From the NCBI RefSeq assembly GCF_040938485.1, contig NW_027272031.1, positions 434,001 through 498,000 on the forward strand: a stretch of 64,000 bases of DNA, given 5' to 3'. Position numbers and translations under genes: made by a program. The notes under the pieces were generated by a model. It was not told the origin of the DNA and ran no database searches. It saw only the letters and a list, made by a program, of their open reading frames with translations. This document shows positions 63,556 to 64,000 of the stretch, piece by piece. The number at the start of each line of letters is the position of its first letter. Positions within the stretch are counted from its first letter, which is position 1. This stretch comes from Diadema antillarum (taxonomy: Eukaryota).

Positions 63556-64000
63556 ATCGCCTTTGCAGTAGCAATGTTGTATCAACTTTAATTGTACAGT
63601 ATCAGCGTAGTATCGAGTATCGATGTTGCGGAGGTGTAAGCCTTGACACACCTTAGCAATGATCTTAAACCTGTTCCTACAGCTTAATAATGCAAAGCTG
63701 AAGCTTTCGCCTTGCAAATCTTGTGAGGAGTCAGAGGAAACATTGACAGTTACTTGTTAACACCTCCTTTAACTAACGGTCACGCACTAGCCTCAATCCC
63801 AGGCTGAGAGCCGATTTGTCTTTACCCAGTAGTGCAGTACCCCATCCAATCAAAGAACTGCACCTGTCTAGAACTGCATGGAGACACTCCCTCCTCTGAT
63901 AAGACCACATTATGCATGTATTACTACATACTACATGAGAGACAACCTCCAATTTGTACAAGCTGAACAGACCTGTATTGGTGTAAAGAAAGAAATCCTT

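Noticed and set aside
1-64000. CRISPR arrays, rRNA genes, true tRNA genes or prokaryotic operons
   Set aside because: None seen. The repeats have no constant-length unique spacers, and the only tRNA-like sequences are SINE heads and the PBS.

Overview
Eukaryotic, AT-rich, repeat-dense genomic DNA. The repeat families suggest an invertebrate deuterostome, probably a sea urchin; this is inference and no database was consulted. The dominant feature is a complete, apparently very young Ty3/Gypsy LTR retrotransposon (28981-36576). It has two 1461-bp LTRs that look identical by eye, a 5-bp target-site duplication (GATCC), a tRNA-Pro primer-binding site, a PPT and one intact 1471-aa ORF. Its domain order is Gag-PR-IN-RT-RH, with integrase before RT, which defines the Gmr1-like group. 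The LTR is unusually long and contains a second PPT-like motif placed exactly as the real one is, which suggests a composite, extended LTR. The rest of the window is intron-like or intergenic. It holds many non-autonomous DNA elements (Kolobok-, piggyBac-, Tc1/mariner-, Harbinger-, hAT- and Merlin-like MITEs and a Helentron-type HINE), tRNA-derived SINEs, mini- and microsatellites, and a 440-bp tandem duplication. There is an excess of RFX X-box motifs. Several short minus-strand candidate exons at 37-63 kb may belong to an unidentified host gene, but I could not assemble one unambiguous model. Almost all short ORFs in the track are low-complexity or antisense noise.
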